Source: Candidatus Bathyarchaeota archaeon B24-2 (GTDB lineage Archaea > Thermoproteota > Bathyarchaeia > Bathyarchaeales > B24-2). From it: a stretch of 39,694 nt of DNA. The translations under genes and the position numbers were made by a program. The stretch's first letter is position 1, and the number at the start of each line of letters is the position of its first letter. Shown piece after piece: positions 37,140 to 39,694 of this stretch. The notes beneath the pieces are model-generated. The model was not told where the DNA came from, made no database searches, and saw only the letters and a program-made list of their open reading frames with translations. The DNA is taken from NCBI GenBank assembly GCA_002490245.1, contig PCNA01000001.1:1-39694 (forward strand). Direction: 5' to 3'.

Positions 37140-38759
37140 GTGAGCGGAGAAGAGAGGTTACTGTTGATGGAGAGTAAGGTCATCGGTCATGGAACATGGT
37201 ATGACAAGATGGCTGTTCAAATAATCGAGCGGGAAAAACGTTTGGGGAGAAGCCTCGACCTCTTAAGGACTGAAAGCGGGATAGGGGCTTCTGGTTTACC
37301 CCACATAGGGAGCTTAGCCGACGCGGCGAGATCTCACGCCGTAGCCCAAGCGATAGCCGAGCAGGGATATAAATCAGAGTTGATAGCTTTCTCGGACGAT
37401 ATGGACGGGCTTAGGAAAGTCCCTAGAGGTCTACCAGAATCTCTAAGCAAGTACATCGGTTTCCCTGTATCGACCATACCTGACCCTTGGGGTTGCCATG
37501 CGAGCTTCGGCAGTCACATGTCCTCCCTCCTTCTAGACGCGCTAGACAAATGCGGAATAAAATACAAGTTTAAGTCCGGCTTCGAGGTGTATAAACGCGG
37601 CGAACTCAAAGAGGAGATCGAAACGATCCTCAAGAACTTCAAGCGGGCGGGAGAGATAATAAAGGAGGAGATAGGCCAAGAAAAGTATGTCGAAGTCTTA
37701 CCCTACTTCGCCATCTGTGAACGTTGCGGTAGGATATACACGACTAGAGCCTACGACTTCTCCATCAAAGAGGGTCGTATCTTCTATAGGTGTGAGGGGG
37801 CGGAGATCGGCGGACGAAAGCTCGAAGGATGTGGGTATGAGGGTGAAGCAAACTATCTGAGAGGAGACGGAAAGCTGAGCTGGAAGGTCGAGTTCGCGGC
37901 TAGATGGCGGGCCTTAGACATACGGTTCGAGGCGTACGGTAAGGATATAGCCGACTCGGTTAGGGTTAACGATAGGGTCTGCAGGGAGATATTAGGCTAT
38001 GAGCCTCCTTTACACGTTCAGTATGAAATGTTCTTAGATAAAAGTGGGAGGAAAATCTCCAAGTCTGCGGGGAACGTCTTTACGCCTCAAGTATGGTTTA
38101 GATATGGTTCTCCCCAATCGCTGATGCTCTTGGTCTTAAAGAGATTCGTGGGTACTAGAACACTATCGATAGACGACATCCCGAGATACATGGATGAGCT
38201 CGACTATCTCAGCGACGTGTACTTCGATAAACGTCGGGTCGAGGATGAGAGGGAGAGGGCTAAACTTAAAGGCTTATACCTTTATTGTTGGACTTTAAAT
38301 CCGCCTAAGGAATGGAAGCCCCATGCACCTTACAGGCTGTTGGTTAACCTAGCCTCCGTAGCGCCTGAAGATAACCCTATCGAATTCATTAAAGAAAAGT
38401 TGAAGGAGTATGGATACAGGTTAGACCCGAGAGACTTGGAGGAAAGGGCTTGGTACGCGGTTAATTGGGTTAGAGACTTTAAGGTGGTCAAGAGAGAGCC
38501 TGTGGAACTCAACGAGCAGGAGAGAGCGGCGCTTCAAGAATTGATCGAGTTGATAGCTGAGCTGGAGACTGGAGAGGATATACAAAGTGCTGTCTTCACC
38601 GTGGCGAGGAAACATTCTATCAAACCTAGAGACTTCTTCAGGACGCTATACAAGATCTTGTTGGGGACGCAGGAGGGTCCGAGGTTCGGCCCCTATGTAG
38701 CAACCGTAGGTAAGCGTAAAGTCCTTAACCTGTTAAAAGAGGCCTTAAACGATCAGTAA
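37140..38759 (+). CDS. lysS: Lysine--tRNA ligase, class I
   Basis: SGIGASGLPHIGS, SDDMDGLRKVP, GKLSWKVEF, KISKSAGN and GPRFG. The start may be the ATG at 37167. Confidence 0.95.
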   Translation: MSGEERLLLMESKVIGHGTWYDKMAVQIIEREKRLGRSLDLLRTESGIGASGLPHIGSLADAARSHAVAQAIAEQGYKSELIAFSDDMDGLRKVPRGLPESLSKYIGFPVSTIPDPWGCHASFGSHMSSLLLDALDKCGIKYKFKSGFEVYKRGELKEEIETILKNFKRAGEIIKEEIGQEKYVEVLPYFAICERCGRIYTTRAYDFSIKEGRIFYRCEGAEIGGRKLEGCGYEGEANYLRGDGKLSWKVEFAARWRALDIRFEAYGKDIADSVRVNDRVCREILGYEPPLHVQYEMFLDKSGRKISKSAGNVFTPQVWFRYGSPQSLMLLVLKRFVGTRTLSIDDIPRYMDELDYLSDVYFDKRRVEDERERAKLKGLYLYCWTLNPPKEWKPHAPYRLLVNLASVAPEDNPIEFIKEKLKEYGYRLDPRDLEERAWYAVNWVRDFKVVKREPVELNEQERAALQELIELIAELETGEDIQSAVFTVARKHSIKPRDFFRTLYKILLGTQEGPRFGPYVATVGKRKVLNLLKEALNDQ

Positions 38760-38827
38760 TGTAGGAAATCATACACAAAAGCTTTAAATAAAACATTTAT
38801 ACACATTAATTTCTTCAGGGTTACAGC

Positions 38828-39325
38828 GTGAGGGTTATGTGCCCCGACACCTCTGAAGACTCCGATTTAACGTCCAGTGAGGTTAGAGTGAAGTTAGTCG
38901 ACATAAACGAGCTCAAAGGTCATGAAAGAACAGACGAGGTCAGACTTAAAGCCTTAAAAGACGAGATAGAGTCGGACGGTATCCTAAAAAAGCCTATAGT
39001 GGTCGACGAAAAGACTCGGGTTATACTCGACGGCCATCACAGGCTAGAAGCGCTACGCCTACTTGGATGCTCGAAGATACCCGTATACTTCGTGAACTAT
39101 ATGTCAGAAAAGATAGGCGTAAAAAGCATGAACAAGGACCTAGAAATAACGAAGCCTAAGGTCGTCGAAGCAGCGCTAAAAGGAAGACCTTTCCCGCCAA
39201 AGTCCACATGGCACTACATAACATTCTCCAAGATAATCAGACACATATCACACATCCAGAGAAGGGTAGATATACCCCTAAAAGACCTAAAGAAAAGAAA
39301 ACCAAAACCGGAAACACAAACCTAA
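38828..39325 (+). CDS. Stand-alone ParB/Sulfiredoxin-like domain protein
   Basis: LKGHE, PIVVD, ILDGHHRLEAL, KIPV and FPPKSTWH. Confidence 0.85.
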   Translation: MRVMCPDTSEDSDLTSSEVRVKLVDINELKGHERTDEVRLKALKDEIESDGILKKPIVVDEKTRVILDGHHRLEALRLLGCSKIPVYFVNYMSEKIGVKSMNKDLEITKPKVVEAALKGRPFPPKSTWHYITFSKIIRHISHIQRRVDIPLKDLKKRKPKPETQT

Positions 39326-39375
39326 AAATCCAACCCAACTGGACTCCATCATATATAAACTTTTGAGTCATCTCT

Positions 39376-39421
39376 GAAAAACCTTCAGAGAAAACAAACC
39401 AGAACCGAAAAACCTTCAGAG
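39376..39421. repeat. 15-bp direct repeat GAAAAACCTTCAGAG (two copies, 31-bp period)
   Basis: Exact copies at 39376-39390 and 39407-39421. The first lies within the hairpin TCTCTGAA-N5-TTCAGAGA. Confidence 0.7.
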
Positions 39422-39694
39422 GCACAAAACCCTTACTGAAACTCTTCAGCTAACCCCACAGAACTATATAAACCTAGACTAAGGTATAGAACAAAAGAAA
39501 AGGTTCTCTCGTAAATTTCATAGAGAATAGGGTGTCTGCAGAGGCTGTTTAAAGCCAGAAACTACTATAGAAATGCGGCATAAAATAATGTTTAGCGGGA
39601 GGACAAGTCGTTATGCCCCTTTACTCTACTTTTGAGCCTTTTTATCCTCGGTGACTAATAGAAGGTTTTTAACTCTTTGCTAAGAAGACGTAAG

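Noticed and set aside
799..39425. Numerous 60-160 aa ORFs antisense to or overlapping assigned genes (e.g. 4157..4501, 16226..16711, 21559..22014, 29331..29768, 36638..36823)
   Set aside because: Shadow frames of well-supported genes, with no recognisable motifs.

Overview
Archaeal genomic window, probably Bathyarchaeia or a related Thermoproteota lineage. This is inferred from gene content: class I LysRS, aIF5B, L7Ae, RPA, Alba, a corrinoid protein, ADP-forming acetate-CoA ligase and a Tat/PT-linker sugar-binding protein. The left ~15 kb is accessory and catabolic: a YkgJ-like Fe-S protein, a frameshifted Gfo/Idh/MocA oxidoreductase, two divergent B12-binding radical SAM genes, an MFS transporter fused to a degenerate cytidylate-kinase-like domain, an amidohydrolase, a glucarate-dehydratase-like enolase, a GalB-like PIG-L protein, an MBL hydrolase and a sugar ABC transporter. 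The right ~25 kb is mostly housekeeping: alba, Lrp, RPA, acd, infB, rpl24e/rps28e/rpl7ae, a VapBC pair, the gltX-idsA-fni-ipk-mvk-MEMO-rps2-eno-rpoN superoperon, and lysS. The main finding is that infB (aIF5B) is interrupted inside its GTPase P-loop by a 31-nt frame-breaking insertion (25783-25813). The insertion folds with the flanking exons into a tRNA-endonuclease-type bulge-helix-bulge/loop. Cutting at the canonical bulge positions restores LGHIDTGKT exactly, so this is a candidate archaeal mRNA intron outside cbf5. rpoN also appears to start at ATA, and an unlisted 35-aa membrane protein is present.
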